This document shows, in pieces, positions 19,828-29,293 of a stretch of DNA of 64,000 nt; within the stretch, counting starts at the first letter, position 1; the number at the start of each line of letters is the position of its first letter. The notes under the pieces were generated by a model, which worked only from the letters and a program-made list of their open reading frames with translations, was not told the DNA's origin and made no database searches. Origin of the DNA: a virus (lineage: Duplodnaviria > Caudoviricetes); the IMG/VR virus record IMGVR_UViG_3300021400_000529, positions 32,001 through 96,000 of that record. The stretch is one strand, 5' to 3'. The position numbers and the translations under genes are program-made.

Positions 19828-20118
19828 TTAATAAATAGGCGTATTTCCCTCATTATCAACACTACTAATAACGAAACGAGAACCATCATCTTTGATAAAA
19901 CATTCTAGGAATTCCTTATGTCCCAATAAGATGCCTTCCATATCATAATGTCCACTAAATTTACTACTGCCTGTAAATACTATAATTTCACCTTCATCTG
20001 TTTTTTCGGTATGATATTCAGTATAGGGGTGTGTTGGGAATATTTCATATTCTTCCATCACTTTTGGAAGTTGTATGTCTAATCCCAAGTTTTTTAGCAG
20101 TTCTTTTAATGTTGTCAT
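19828..20118 (-). CDS. zincin-partner (putative immunity/inhibitor) protein
   Basis: Starts MTTLKELL; AGGTGA RBS; convergent with the zincin. Confidence 0.75.
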   Translation of the reverse strand: MTTLKELLKNLGLDIQLPKVMEEYEIFPTHPYTEYHTEKTDEGEIIVFTGSSKFSGHYDMEGILLGHKEFLECFIKDDGSRFVISSVDNEGNTPIY

Positions 20119-20155
20119 AATTATCACCTTGTATACTTATATTCGTCTTTATTAA

Positions 20156-20170
20156 TATATAAACATTTTT
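20156..20170 (-). promoter_or_regulatory. archaeal BRE/TATA-like promoter for the minus-strand partner gene
   Basis: Minus strand reads AAAAATG-TTTATATA about 40 nt upstream of the start codon. Confidence 0.5.
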
Positions 20171-20216
20171 TTTGGGTTTTATTATAAAACTAACTAATTT
20201 AAACTAACAAAGTATT

Positions 20217-20996
20217 ATGTTTCAAAGAGAAAATTATATTATTTATCACAGTGATTGTATCAAACAGATGGAATACTTAGTAAATGAAAATGTTGAAGTG
20301 GACCTTATCCTTACTGATCCACCATACAACATCAGTAAAAAGAATGATAATCGTGACAGAAGTAAAATGAATGCTCCATGTATGAGGAGGAAAAAGCCAG
20401 TTAATTATGATTTTGGTGAATGGGATAACATGGAACGGGAGGAATTCTTAGACTTCACTGAAGATTGGTTTAACTTATGTACTCAACTGCTCCGAGATGG
20501 TGGTGCGATGATTTCCTTTTTCAGTAAGGAGGATGTGAATTATCTTGGTTGGCTTGGTAAGGCTTATGGTATGAGGACACGAACCATTTTCACATGGCAT
20601 AAAACTAATCCTGTTCCTTCTTTTCGGAAAGTGAATTATTTGAGTAGTTGTGAGTATGCTTGGATTGGTAGTAAGGGTGAAGCTGGTTGGACTTTTAATT
20701 TTAAGCAACAGAAGGAGATGCATAATTTCTTTGAAACACCTAATAAGAGTAGTTATGGTGTTACTGAGCATCCTACTGAAAAACCATTATCTTTAATCAG
20801 GCATTGGATTGAAATTCATTCAAATCCTGATGATGTTGTGTTGGATTGTTTTATGGGTAGTGGTACTACTGGAGTGGCATGTTTACAGTGTGGTAGAAAA
20901 TTCATAGGTATGGAACAGGATGAGAAGTATTACTTGATGGCAAAACAGAGAATAAATGAAGTTGGAAAAAATGGTAAACAAACCAAATTATTATAA
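20217..20996 (+). CDS. DNA N6/N4 methyltransferase (beta class)
   Basis: DPPYN, HPTEKP, DCFMGSGTTG. Confidence 0.92.
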   Translation: MFQRENYIIYHSDCIKQMEYLVNENVEVDLILTDPPYNISKKNDNRDRSKMNAPCMRRKKPVNYDFGEWDNMEREEFLDFTEDWFNLCTQLLRDGGAMISFFSKEDVNYLGWLGKAYGMRTRTIFTWHKTNPVPSFRKVNYLSSCEYAWIGSKGEAGWTFNFKQQKEMHNFFETPNKSSYGVTEHPTEKPLSLIRHWIEIHSNPDDVVLDCFMGSGTTGVACLQCGRKFIGMEQDEKYYLMAKQRINEVGKNGKQTKLL

Positions 20997-21007
20997 TATT
21001 TTAACTT

Positions 21008-21817
21008 ATGATTCAGAAAGAAAATTATACTATTTATAATGGTGACTGTATTAATGTCATGCAAGAATTGGTGGATGATGGAACAAAAGTAGATTTGGTG
21101 CTGACTGACCCTCCTTATAATACTACTAACTTTAAATGGGATAGTATGATTCCTCTTGATGAAATGTGGGGATGCATTAAACAATTAAGAAGATGTGATT
21201 CAACACCAATTGTACTGTTTGGTTTTGAACCATTCAGTTCCTTGTTAAGAACGTCCAATATGAAGGAATATAGGTATGATTGGATATGGGATAAGAAAAT
21301 ACCTGGAAGTATTGGTATTGCAAAATATCAACCACTCAGATACCATGAACTGATTAGCGTGTTTTATAAAAAAGCAGGTCAATATTTTAAACAAATGGTA
21401 CTAAGAAGTGAGGGTGGATTAAAAAGAAACAAGTATAAACCAACTGGTTCAGTGGGATTGAATGCTTTTGGTGGTGGTGATAAGTTTGGTACGGATGCTA
21501 TTGATCAAGAAATGTGGAAATCTGATTATAAAAATCCATCAACAATATTGGAGTTTCCAAGAGTACAATCTAATTCAAAGGAAAAAGTTGCACATCCAAC
21601 TCAGAAACCTGTAAAATTATTGGAATATTTGATTAAAACATATACATTGAATGGTGATACTGTTCTGGATTTCACGATGGGTAGTGGTAGTACTGGTGTG
21701 GCTTGTTTAAATCTTGGAAGGAAATTTATTGGTATTGAGTTGGAAAAGGAATATTTTAATATTGCCAACCAAAGATTGAAAGAAACAGAACACAGCAAAC
21801 AAACAACACTAATATAA
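21008..21817 (+). CDS. DNA N6/N4 methyltransferase (beta class)
   Basis: DPPY, HPTQKP, DFTMGSGSTG; paralog of 14723 and 15535. Confidence 0.92.
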   Translation: MIQKENYTIYNGDCINVMQELVDDGTKVDLVLTDPPYNTTNFKWDSMIPLDEMWGCIKQLRRCDSTPIVLFGFEPFSSLLRTSNMKEYRYDWIWDKKIPGSIGIAKYQPLRYHELISVFYKKAGQYFKQMVLRSEGGLKRNKYKPTGSVGLNAFGGGDKFGTDAIDQEMWKSDYKNPSTILEFPRVQSNSKEKVAHPTQKPVKLLEYLIKTYTLNGDTVLDFTMGSGSTGVACLNLGRKFIGIELEKEYFNIANQRLKETEHSKQTTLI

Positions 21818-21828
21818 GGAAGTTAATA

Positions 21829-22251
21829 ATGGGAAAATCAAGGAATAAATCAACCACACCAACACAACCCACCCAAACAATAACCAACATGTCACCAAAG
21901 CAAGTAGATGACTATGTTGACAAAATAAAGAGTATGTCTGATAATGAATTAATGAAAGCTTACTCTGAGTTTGCATCTAACTGGACTTATGTTATTGAAT
22001 GGAATGGTGGTAGAAGAATGTCTAAATTTATCAGACCCTCTGATGATATAATTGGAGAGAATGGTATTTTGAGGGGTGGTAAAGATAATGTTAATCAACA
22101 ATTTGTAAATTTAAATAGGGTTAGATTGGAATTGGGTGCTGAAATGTTAAATCGAAATTTGGATAATGAGTATGGATATTCGGATGTTCCTTATTATGAA
22201 GTTGTTGATGGTGATATTCAGTTTCATCCATTTACTCCTACAAATGATTAA
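21829..22251 (+). CDS. MGKSR-tagged protein of unknown function
   Basis: Tag variant plus T/P/Q linker; body resembles 27726..28142. Confidence 0.75.
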   Translation: MGKSRNKSTTPTQPTQTITNMSPKQVDDYVDKIKSMSDNELMKAYSEFASNWTYVIEWNGGRRMSKFIRPSDDIIGENGILRGGKDNVNQQFVNLNRVRLELGAEMLNRNLDNEYGYSDVPYYEVVDGDIQFHPFTPTND

Positions 22252-22398
22252 TAAATGTGTAGAGTTATTCTGATTATTTTTTTAATATAATATAACATTC
22301 ATCAATTAAAATAGATTTTATACTAAAACATAAAAAGAATATGTAGGATATAATTAATATTATCAAAAAAAAATTTATAGGAGAACAATTAAAAAATA

Positions 22399-24090
22399 AT
22401 GAATTATTTATCATTATTCAGTGGAATCGGTGGCTTCGAATATGGAATCGAACAAAGTCGATACGCTGACAAATTAAACTGTATAGGATTCGGTGAAATA
22501 GACAAATATGCAAAAAACATCTACAAAAAACACTATCCAAACCACGTTGACCTCGGAGACGTTACCAAAATCAGAACAGAAGACCTACCAACGTTTGACT
22601 TCTTGGTTGGAGGATTCCCATGTCAAGCATTTTCTGTTGCAGGAAAAAGAAGAGGGTTCAGTGACACCAGAGGAACTCTCTTTTTTGAAATCGCAAGGAT
22701 TCTCAGAGACAAAAAACCAAAATATTTTTTACTCGAAAACGTTAAAGGTCTCTTATCTCATGACAAAGGAAGAACTTTCCAGACAATCCTTAGGACACTC
22801 TCCGAATTGGGGTATGATGTACAATGGGAGATATTTAACAGCAAAAACCATGGAGTACCCCAGAATAGGGAAAGGATATATATTAAAGGATTTCTTAGAA
22901 CACGATGTGGACAAGAAATATTATCTCTCAGAAAAGCAGGTGCAACGGTTGATGCCAGACAAGGAAAAAGTCAAAAAGATAATTCATTGAACTGGTTGTG
23001 GACTAAAGGTAGATCAAAAAAACTTGTTGATTCCAATAAAAATTCATTGACTTTAACTGGAGGAGGACATAATAGTGGAGCCAATCAATTAATAGTGGAA
23101 AAATGTATTGGTTCAACTCAAAAAAATGAAAGTGTAACTGATGAAAATGGTATTTCACCAACATTAATTTGTGGTCATGTAGGTAGTACTAAGATTGTGG
23201 ATGAAGAACCACAACTTGTAAGATTAAACGAAAAACCTGAAAACAAAAGAGATAAAGAAGAAAATAGAGTATACAGTGAAGAGGGCATATCACCAACACT
23301 TACTGCTACAAAAACAAGTCAAATAAAAGTGGGATGTGTTGATGATGGTGAATTACTCTTTCCTTCAACAAAAGAGGGTAACTTCTTTGCTGTAACAACA
23401 CATCCTAGGGGGATGCCATTCTCTAAGAAAATAGACAATTATGTTTTTGAAAAAACAGATCCTAAACTAATTAAAGACAAAAATCAACCAAAAATTAATA
23501 AGATAGGAAACATTAACCCTAATGGAAAAAGTCAAAGTGGAAATGTATATGATGAAAATGGTTTAAGTCCTACCTTAAACTGTACTGATTACAAAGCACC
23601 TGTAAAAATATTGCTTCGTAACAATACAGAAAAAAATGATCGTATCATTAAAGTAGGGAATATTCGTCCTAATCAGAAAAGTCAAAGTGGAAATGTATAT
23701 GATGAAAAGGGGCTTAGTTCAACAATAACCTCTGATAAACCTCTTAAAATATTGCTTCGTAACAATACAAGGAAGGGTTATGCTGAAGCAAGTGATGGTG
23801 ATGGTTTTGTTATTAATCAGTATAATTGTAGAGGTCGTGTTCAGAAGGAAAGTGTTCCTACATTAAATACTGGTGATGGTTGTGGTGCTGGTACATTTGA
23901 TGGTTATGTTGTCAGACGTTTAACTCCTGTTGAAACAGAGAGATTACAGGGATTCCCTGATGACTGGACTAAGACCGGTGCTGATGGTAGTTTGATTAGT
24001 GATACTCAACGGTATAAGTGTTGTGGTAATGCTGTTACTACTAATGTTGTACGGGATATACTTGATACGTGGGATATGGTGTTTGAATAA
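22399..24090 (+). CDS. dcm: DNA cytosine-5 methyltransferase with long repetitive variable region
   Basis: LFSGIGG, GFPCQ, ENVKG, QNRER, RRLTPVETERLQGFPD, GNAVT. Confidence 0.93.
   Translation: MNYLSLFSGIGGFEYGIEQSRYADKLNCIGFGEIDKYAKNIYKKHYPNHVDLGDVTKIRTEDLPTFDFLVGGFPCQAFSVAGKRRGFSDTRGTLFFEIARILRDKKPKYFLLENVKGLLSHDKGRTFQTILRTLSELGYDVQWEIFNSKNHGVPQNRERIYIKGFLRTRCGQEILSLRKAGATVDARQGKSQKDNSLNWLWTKGRSKKLVDSNKNSLTLTGGGHNSGANQLIVEKCIGSTQKNESVTDENGISPTLICGHVGSTKIVDEEPQLVRLNEKPENKRDKEENRVYSEEGISPTLTATKTSQIKVGCVDDGELLFPSTKEGNFFAVTTHPRGMPFSKKIDNYVFEKTDPKLIKDKNQPKINKIGNINPNGKSQSGNVYDENGLSPTLNCTDYKAPVKILLRNNTEKNDRIIKVGNIRPNQKSQSGNVYDEKGLSSTITSDKPLKILLRNNTRKGYAEASDGDGFVINQYNCRGRVQKESVPTLNTGDGCGAGTFDGYVVRRLTPVETERLQGFPDDWTKTGADGSLISDTQRYKCCGNAVTTNVVRDILDTWDMVFE
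22508..22990 (+). CDS. overlapping alternative-frame ORF inside the C5 MTase (putative beta-type subunit)
   Basis: 160 codons open in the +1 frame; ends LKDFLEHDVDKKYYLSEKQVQRL, a C5-MTase-associated motif. Confidence 0.55.
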   Translation: MQKTSTKNTIQTTLTSETLPKSEQKTYQRLTSWLEDSHVKHFLLQEKEEGSVTPEELSFLKSQGFSETKNQNIFYSKTLKVSYLMTKEELSRQSLGHSPNWGMMYNGRYLTAKTMEYPRIGKGYILKDFLEHDVDKKYYLSEKQVQRLMPDKEKVKKIIH

Positions 24091-24242
24091 TTGGTAAACG
24101 GTTATCTTTTTGTTTATAATAATTGTTTGTTGATATTTAGAATGGAGAAAAAATATGGATAAAACTATTCAATTAGAGCATGCGCACCAACCACATAAAA
24201 AGTACACTTTTGAACAACCAATAATAGGATATTTTAATTGTT

Positions 24243-24992
24243 ATGGATGATGTTTTGTTATTATGTGATGATTGTATTTCTGTTTTGAAAGAAATTCCTG
24301 ATAATAGTATTAAATGTATTGTTACAAGTCCTCCCTACTGGAAAGGTTTTGCTTATGAATCTTATTTTAATTCATATTATCAGTATCTTAAATGGTCAAA
24401 GAAGTGGATGCAGGAATGTAAAAGAGTATTAAAGTTTGATGGAACATTCTATTTGAACATTAGTAATGATAGTGAAACAACAATAAGAGCATATGAATTG
24501 CTCAATATAGCAACTCATGAGTTACTGTTTAAGTTACATGATACTATAATATGGTATGTTTATAATAGGCAACCTGCAAATACGGTGCGACAATTAACTA
24601 ATCAACATGAGTTCTTATTTATGTTAAGACATGATAGTAATAATGTGGTCTTGAACAAAGAAGTAGCATATAATTCTAATCCGGACTTGTTTAAAACTAA
24701 AAATGTAGGTAATGTTTGGGAATTGCCATTTAATTCAACAAGAATTAATATTGATTTTGGAAGAAAAACTACTAAAAGTAAATATGGACATGGTGGGTTT
24801 CCAGTAGAGTTGCCCGAAACTTGTATTTTATTATCCACCCGTGAGGGTGATGTGGTTTGTGATCCTTTTATGGGTACGGGTACTGTTGGAGTTGCATGTA
24901 AGAAATATGGTCGAAGATTTGTTGGAATAGATAATGTTCAGAAATTTGTAGATTATTCTAAAAAGAGAATTTCTGATACGCTTGAGTTATGA
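24243..24992 (+). CDS. DNA N4-cytosine methyltransferase (beta class)
   Basis: IVTSPPYW, FPVELP, DPFMGTGT. Confidence 0.9.
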   Translation: MDDVLLLCDDCISVLKEIPDNSIKCIVTSPPYWKGFAYESYFNSYYQYLKWSKKWMQECKRVLKFDGTFYLNISNDSETTIRAYELLNIATHELLFKLHDTIIWYVYNRQPANTVRQLTNQHEFLFMLRHDSNNVVLNKEVAYNSNPDLFKTKNVGNVWELPFNSTRINIDFGRKTTKSKYGHGGFPVELPETCILLSTREGDVVCDPFMGTGTVGVACKKYGRRFVGIDNVQKFVDYSKKRISDTLEL

Positions 24993-25041
24993 ATTTTTAG
25001 AAATAGGTTTACTGTATATAATAGGATGGTGATTATGAGAT

Positions 25042-25362
25042 ATGTCTGAAGTTACTTTAAAAGAGTTACTGCATAAATTTAATTTAGAATTAGATATTAG
25101 TTCAGTTTTATTGGATAAATCGATTAAATATTTTCAAAACAAGTCTTCCAAGGAGATCTTGGATTGCTATGTGGAACATCATACTGAAAAGGTAGATGGG
25201 AATATTATACACGTGTTTATGGAAGAGATGAATGGTAATCATCTTGAGTTAATTGTTGATGAAGAAAATAGTATGGTTACTGAATTGGAAATTTTGGATG
25301 ATGGTACTAGAAATGTGTTATTTTCATTTTCTGATGATGGGACAAGAAGGATATATGGTTAA
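25042..25362 (+). CDS. zincin-partner (putative immunity/inhibitor) protein
   Basis: VTLKELLHKFNLELDI...YVEHHTEKVDGNIIHVF aligns with 19828 and 29294; immediately upstream of a zincin. Confidence 0.75.
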   Translation: MSEVTLKELLHKFNLELDISSVLLDKSIKYFQNKSSKEILDCYVEHHTEKVDGNIIHVFMEEMNGNHLELIVDEENSMVTELEILDDGTRNVLFSFSDDGTRRIYG

Positions 25363-25371
25363 TTAGGTATT

Positions 25372-26187
25372 ATGGGAAAAAATCGTTCATCAAAGGGTCT
25401 GTCTGTAGGAAGTGTGTCAAATGATATTCAGTCATTATGCAAGTATTATGGGTATGAATTGGGTGAAGATTCTTTTGGAAATATAAGTGTTTATGATAGG
25501 GAGAATGATACTGAACTGGTAATTACACCTATCTTCATGGATATGCTTGAATACAATGAAGAACTTTACCAGGAAATGACTGGAAACTCTATTGAATACT
25601 TGAAACAAATTGTAACTGCTTATCATGACGCACCGTCTATTCTTAAAAAAGCGAATCAGTTCATAATGTTTGATGACGCAAGTAATCATCAGAACTTTAA
25701 AAAGGAAAGTTCATGGTTGGCTTATCATCAAGACTTTTTTTCTGAGGGTCATGGTATACTTATGTCGGATAGGATACTTACTCCTCGGGTGGAAATACCA
25801 TTTATTTTGTATCATGAAATGGCACATGGGTTGGATTTCACTACTGTTAATGGTTTTGAGAGGTATGCAGGTAGTCATAGTATCCATAATTTAATTGATA
25901 AATATGGGTCTGCTACTGCTTATAGTAAGGACAGGTATGGTAAGGGTTTTGACAGTGTGGATACGAAATATCGTGAAGACTTTGCAGAAATAATTGGAAT
26001 TGTATCTGCTTATAAAAATAATCCTGATTTTAAAGTAAATGATGTTGATGGGAAAATTGTTTCTGCCAGAAAATGGGTTGAAAACCATGAGGAATTATAT
26101 GAGTGGGGTTTAAATTATGTGGGAAGTATGAGTGTTGATGAGTTGGAGATTCCTTCATTGTATCCTGTGCCTGATATGTTTGATTAA
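25372..26187 (+). CDS. MGKNR-tagged zincin metallopeptidase
   Basis: HEMAHGLD...ATAYS...EDFAE. Confidence 0.8.
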   Translation: MGKNRSSKGLSVGSVSNDIQSLCKYYGYELGEDSFGNISVYDRENDTELVITPIFMDMLEYNEELYQEMTGNSIEYLKQIVTAYHDAPSILKKANQFIMFDDASNHQNFKKESSWLAYHQDFFSEGHGILMSDRILTPRVEIPFILYHEMAHGLDFTTVNGFERYAGSHSIHNLIDKYGSATAYSKDRYGKGFDSVDTKYREDFAEIIGIVSAYKNNPDFKVNDVDGKIVSARKWVENHEELYEWGLNYVGSMSVDELEIPSLYPVPDMFD

Positions 26188-26223
26188 TATACAAACAAAT
26201 ATAATGGAGTGTTAATTAGATAA

Positions 26224-26886
26224 ATGGGTAAAAATAGAAATTCAAACAATAATTCGTACATGACTGGGATGGGTGTTGCTGTTGATACAGATGGTCACTC
26301 TGAAAGATTTATGCAAAAACTTGAAGACAACATAGATACTTGGCTTATGGGTTATGTGGAAAGTATCATACATAAGATGTCACCAGAGGAAATACATTAT
26401 CTTATTGATCATATGCAACTCTCTGACAGTGACATGGTTCCATCCGGTCATTTAACTAGGCTAGAACGTAAATCTCATTCAGACGATCTTAAAGAGGGAG
26501 ATCTTCTTAAGAATAATAATTTGTTCCGTTCGTTTAGTAGAGAACCCTCTTCTTCAGATGAGATACTTGGTATATATAGGGATATGGGTGAGGGTATTGA
26601 TGATTTTGTGATTTATAGGACTGTGGGACAAGTTCCATTTTTTGACCCTTCAAAATTTAGTAATCCTTTCCCATATCAAACAGAGGCATTTGTTCCTGTG
26701 GATTCAATGAGAGTAAGTGAAATTCATACTGTAACTGATAGTAATGAGTTGGCTGTTTTAACTGACATTAATCAAAACATTCCAGAGGGTAAGTCTGTTA
26801 AGGTAATAGATATTGTATATGACCCTTCTATAAGAAGTGTGCCGGTTACTCTTGTGAGTGGTGAAACAACAATAAATTTGCACTAA
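26224..26886 (+). CDS. MGKNR-tagged ADP-ribosyltransferase-like protein
   Basis: LTRLE...FRSFSRE...YQTEAFV. Confidence 0.7.
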   Translation: MGKNRNSNNNSYMTGMGVAVDTDGHSERFMQKLEDNIDTWLMGYVESIIHKMSPEEIHYLIDHMQLSDSDMVPSGHLTRLERKSHSDDLKEGDLLKNNNLFRSFSREPSSSDEILGIYRDMGEGIDDFVIYRTVGQVPFFDPSKFSNPFPYQTEAFVPVDSMRVSEIHTVTDSNELAVLTDINQNIPEGKSVKVIDIVYDPSIRSVPVTLVSGETTINLH

Positions 26887-26922
26887 AAAAATAACAAATA
26901 CGGGAATAGGAATGATTAACTT

Positions 26923-27084
26923 ATGGGTAAAAATTGGAGTAGTAGTAACAGTTCTGATTCTATAAATAATGATGGGGACAACGCTGTTAATCCTATGGAA
27001 GTAATGGAAAAATACTGTGGTGATTTAATAAATCTTTTTGAGGACGGCAGAAAAATTGATGATGAGGTTGATGTGTTTGGTTAA
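26923..27084 (+). CDS. MGKNW-tagged 53-aa micro-ORF (not in ORF track), possible relic
   Basis: Manually translated MGKNWSSSNSSDSINNDGDNAVNPMEVMEKYCGDLINLFEDGRKIDDEVDVFG. Confidence 0.55.
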   Translation: MGKNWSSSNSSDSINNDGDNAVNPMEVMEKYCGDLINLFEDGRKIDDEVDVFG

Positions 27085-27241
27085 TATTTTTTTTGTCTTG
27101 AATAATATGACAAAATATATATATTACTTTTCATAAAATACAATTATAAAAGTATAATGTAATTGTATATGTAATAATTACAAAATAAAACCTAAAAAAA
27201 ATAGTAAATTCTTAAAAAAAATATAATAAGGTGTGTAAGTT

Positions 27242-27673
27242 ATGGGCAAAAACAGATCAACTTCAAACAATAATAATAATGGCAACGGTAATGCCTCCAA
27301 AAACAGTATTATACCACCAAGAATCACAAACTTCATATCAAACATTACCAACCAAGGTTTATTAAACCTAGAAAATATTCAACGCTTAGTTCAAAGAGAT
27401 ACTGTTAAAACAATCATGGATGAATCAAATATTACAAGGAATGACATAATTAAACAAATATTAACAGACAATCCAAATGGATTACCTGTAAATGAATATG
27501 ACCATGAAAGAATATTCTTAACTAATACTCCATCTGAATTCAAAATATATAAAGATGGAACAAATGAACTCCAACAGATATACAGTAAAGAATTTGTTAT
27601 GAGAAATATTCCTAAAAAACAAAGAGAATTTCAAGGTGGTCAACTGGACTGGAGTTCAGTTTTTAATAATTAA
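27242..27673 (+). CDS. MGKNR-tagged protein of unknown function
   Basis: MGKNR plus N/G-rich linker; AAGGTG RBS. Confidence 0.8.
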   Translation: MGKNRSTSNNNNNGNGNASKNSIIPPRITNFISNITNQGLLNLENIQRLVQRDTVKTIMDESNITRNDIIKQILTDNPNGLPVNEYDHERIFLTNTPSEFKIYKDGTNELQQIYSKEFVMRNIPKKQREFQGGQLDWSSVFNN

Positions 27674-27725
27674 CATGTAAAAAGGGAAATAAAATAAGTG
27701 GTGTTTAAGGAGTATGAAATAGGTT

Positions 27726-28142
27726 ATGGGTAAGAATAGGACATCAAACAATTCATTCACACCCACAAATACACTGTTGGGAAGTCAGTTAGAAAACATT
27801 CCCCAATTGCAAGACGCAATTGTGGATATGAATAATGATGAATTAAAGGAATTAGTAGACAAGTTGAAGAACAATATCATCCATTACATGAAAAGGGGTG
27901 ATATTAGAACACAGTATTACGAGTTAAATGATGGTACAAGAATACCACAACATGCCAGTACTGTGAGTGGTGATAAACTATTAGAAGATTATACTGGGGA
28001 CACTTACCAAAATGAGTATTATAGACAATTACATCAGTTCTTAAGTGATATTGAATATGAATTGTATGAAAGAGATATTCCTTATGAATTAGAGGACAAT
28101 CCTATTCCGGATAGTGTTGTACCTGTAATTGTAAGGGATTGA
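27726..28142 (+). CDS. MGKNR-tagged protein of unknown function
   Basis: MGKNR; body resembles 21829..22251. Confidence 0.8.
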   Translation: MGKNRTSNNSFTPTNTLLGSQLENIPQLQDAIVDMNNDELKELVDKLKNNIIHYMKRGDIRTQYYELNDGTRIPQHASTVSGDKLLEDYTGDTYQNEYYRQLHQFLSDIEYELYERDIPYELEDNPIPDSVVPVIVRD

Positions 28143-28165
28143 TTAACTATTTTTTTTAAAGGATT

Positions 28166-28249
28166 ATGGGTAAAAACAGAACAAATGCAAACTTTGGACA
28201 GTCAAAGGGGGAACTTGTTTATTTTACTGCTGGTGGAAAAAAAATTTAA
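28166..28249 (+). CDS. MGKNR-tagged 27-aa micro-ORF (not in ORF track), possible relic
   Basis: Manually translated MGKNRTNANFGQSKGELVYFTAGGKKI. Confidence 0.5.
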   Translation: MGKNRTNANFGQSKGELVYFTAGGKKI

Positions 28250-28319
28250 TTAATATTCTCTTTTTTTATTGATATTTTATTTAAAAATAATTTTTTTAAA
28301 GGGAGATGAATGTAGGAAT

Positions 28320-29261
28320 ATGGGAAAAAATAGGAAAAGTAGTGGTGGAACTGGTGATAATGGAAATGAACCAACAACTTCTGATGAAATGTTCAATGAT
28401 GAACAATGGGAAAATGTGCATACAGCGGAAGAAATTGCGGAATTAACTGGATGGGAATTCACCAAGACACAAAGAGGTAGTTATAAATTTTATGATCGTG
28501 AACATGATTTAACATTGTTTATTGATAAGACAATGTTAACTAATGGTTTCATCAATGCGGATAGTGATGGTGGTAACCATCTTAAAAGTAATTATGGAAG
28601 TGCTCAACCTCAAGATCTTCGTGACATTGCTCGGATGGTTCATGAGTTGCCAGATAAAAATAAAGAAGCAACACCTCTTATTCTATTCAGAAATAATTTC
28701 AAAACAAGATATTTAGGTGAGCATGTTCATCACAGTGATTTCTGGGATGAAATTATTCCTGGACATGAAGTTGTTATTAACTCCTCTTCTTTCAAAAGTG
28801 TTGCTGGACATAGTCTTAGAAGAACACTTTTACATGAAACGTATCATGCAGAAGATTATATGAGGGGTACTGGCAGTAAATCATACGCTTCTGATGCTTT
28901 TGGTATTTCTAATAAACAGTCTTTCAAGAATGCTATTGACTTGGATGTTCAGAATTATGGTAGTAAAGGTATTTCGATGAATTCTGGTGGATATGCTCGT
29001 GGAAGTGTAACTTATTATAAGGAATGTTGGGCTGATGCTGCAAGTATTGTTCAACTTAAGAGGATGGGTTATTCTAATGAAAAAATTAAGTTACGTGATG
29101 GATCACTTGTAACTGTTGATGATTGGATTAAAACATATCCTAATACTTATAAATCTGTTTCAAATGAATTGGATAACAATGCTGTACTTCCATTCCAAAG
29201 GGGAGAAGATTATAATATAATAAGAGATTCGTTTGTGAATAAATATAAATTAAACAAGTAA
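28320..29261 (+). CDS. MGKNR-tagged zincin metallopeptidase
   Basis: True start ATG 28320; HETYHAED...ECWAD; close paralog of 36095. Confidence 0.8.
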   Translation: MGKNRKSSGGTGDNGNEPTTSDEMFNDEQWENVHTAEEIAELTGWEFTKTQRGSYKFYDREHDLTLFIDKTMLTNGFINADSDGGNHLKSNYGSAQPQDLRDIARMVHELPDKNKEATPLILFRNNFKTRYLGEHVHHSDFWDEIIPGHEVVINSSSFKSVAGHSLRRTLLHETYHAEDYMRGTGSKSYASDAFGISNKQSFKNAIDLDVQNYGSKGISMNSGGYARGSVTYYKECWADAASIVQLKRMGYSNEKIKLRDGSLVTVDDWIKTYPNTYKSVSNELDNNAVLPFQRGEDYNIIRDSFVNKYKLNK

Positions 29262-29293
29262 AAATAAAAAAGAGATATTTTGGGAGTGGATGA

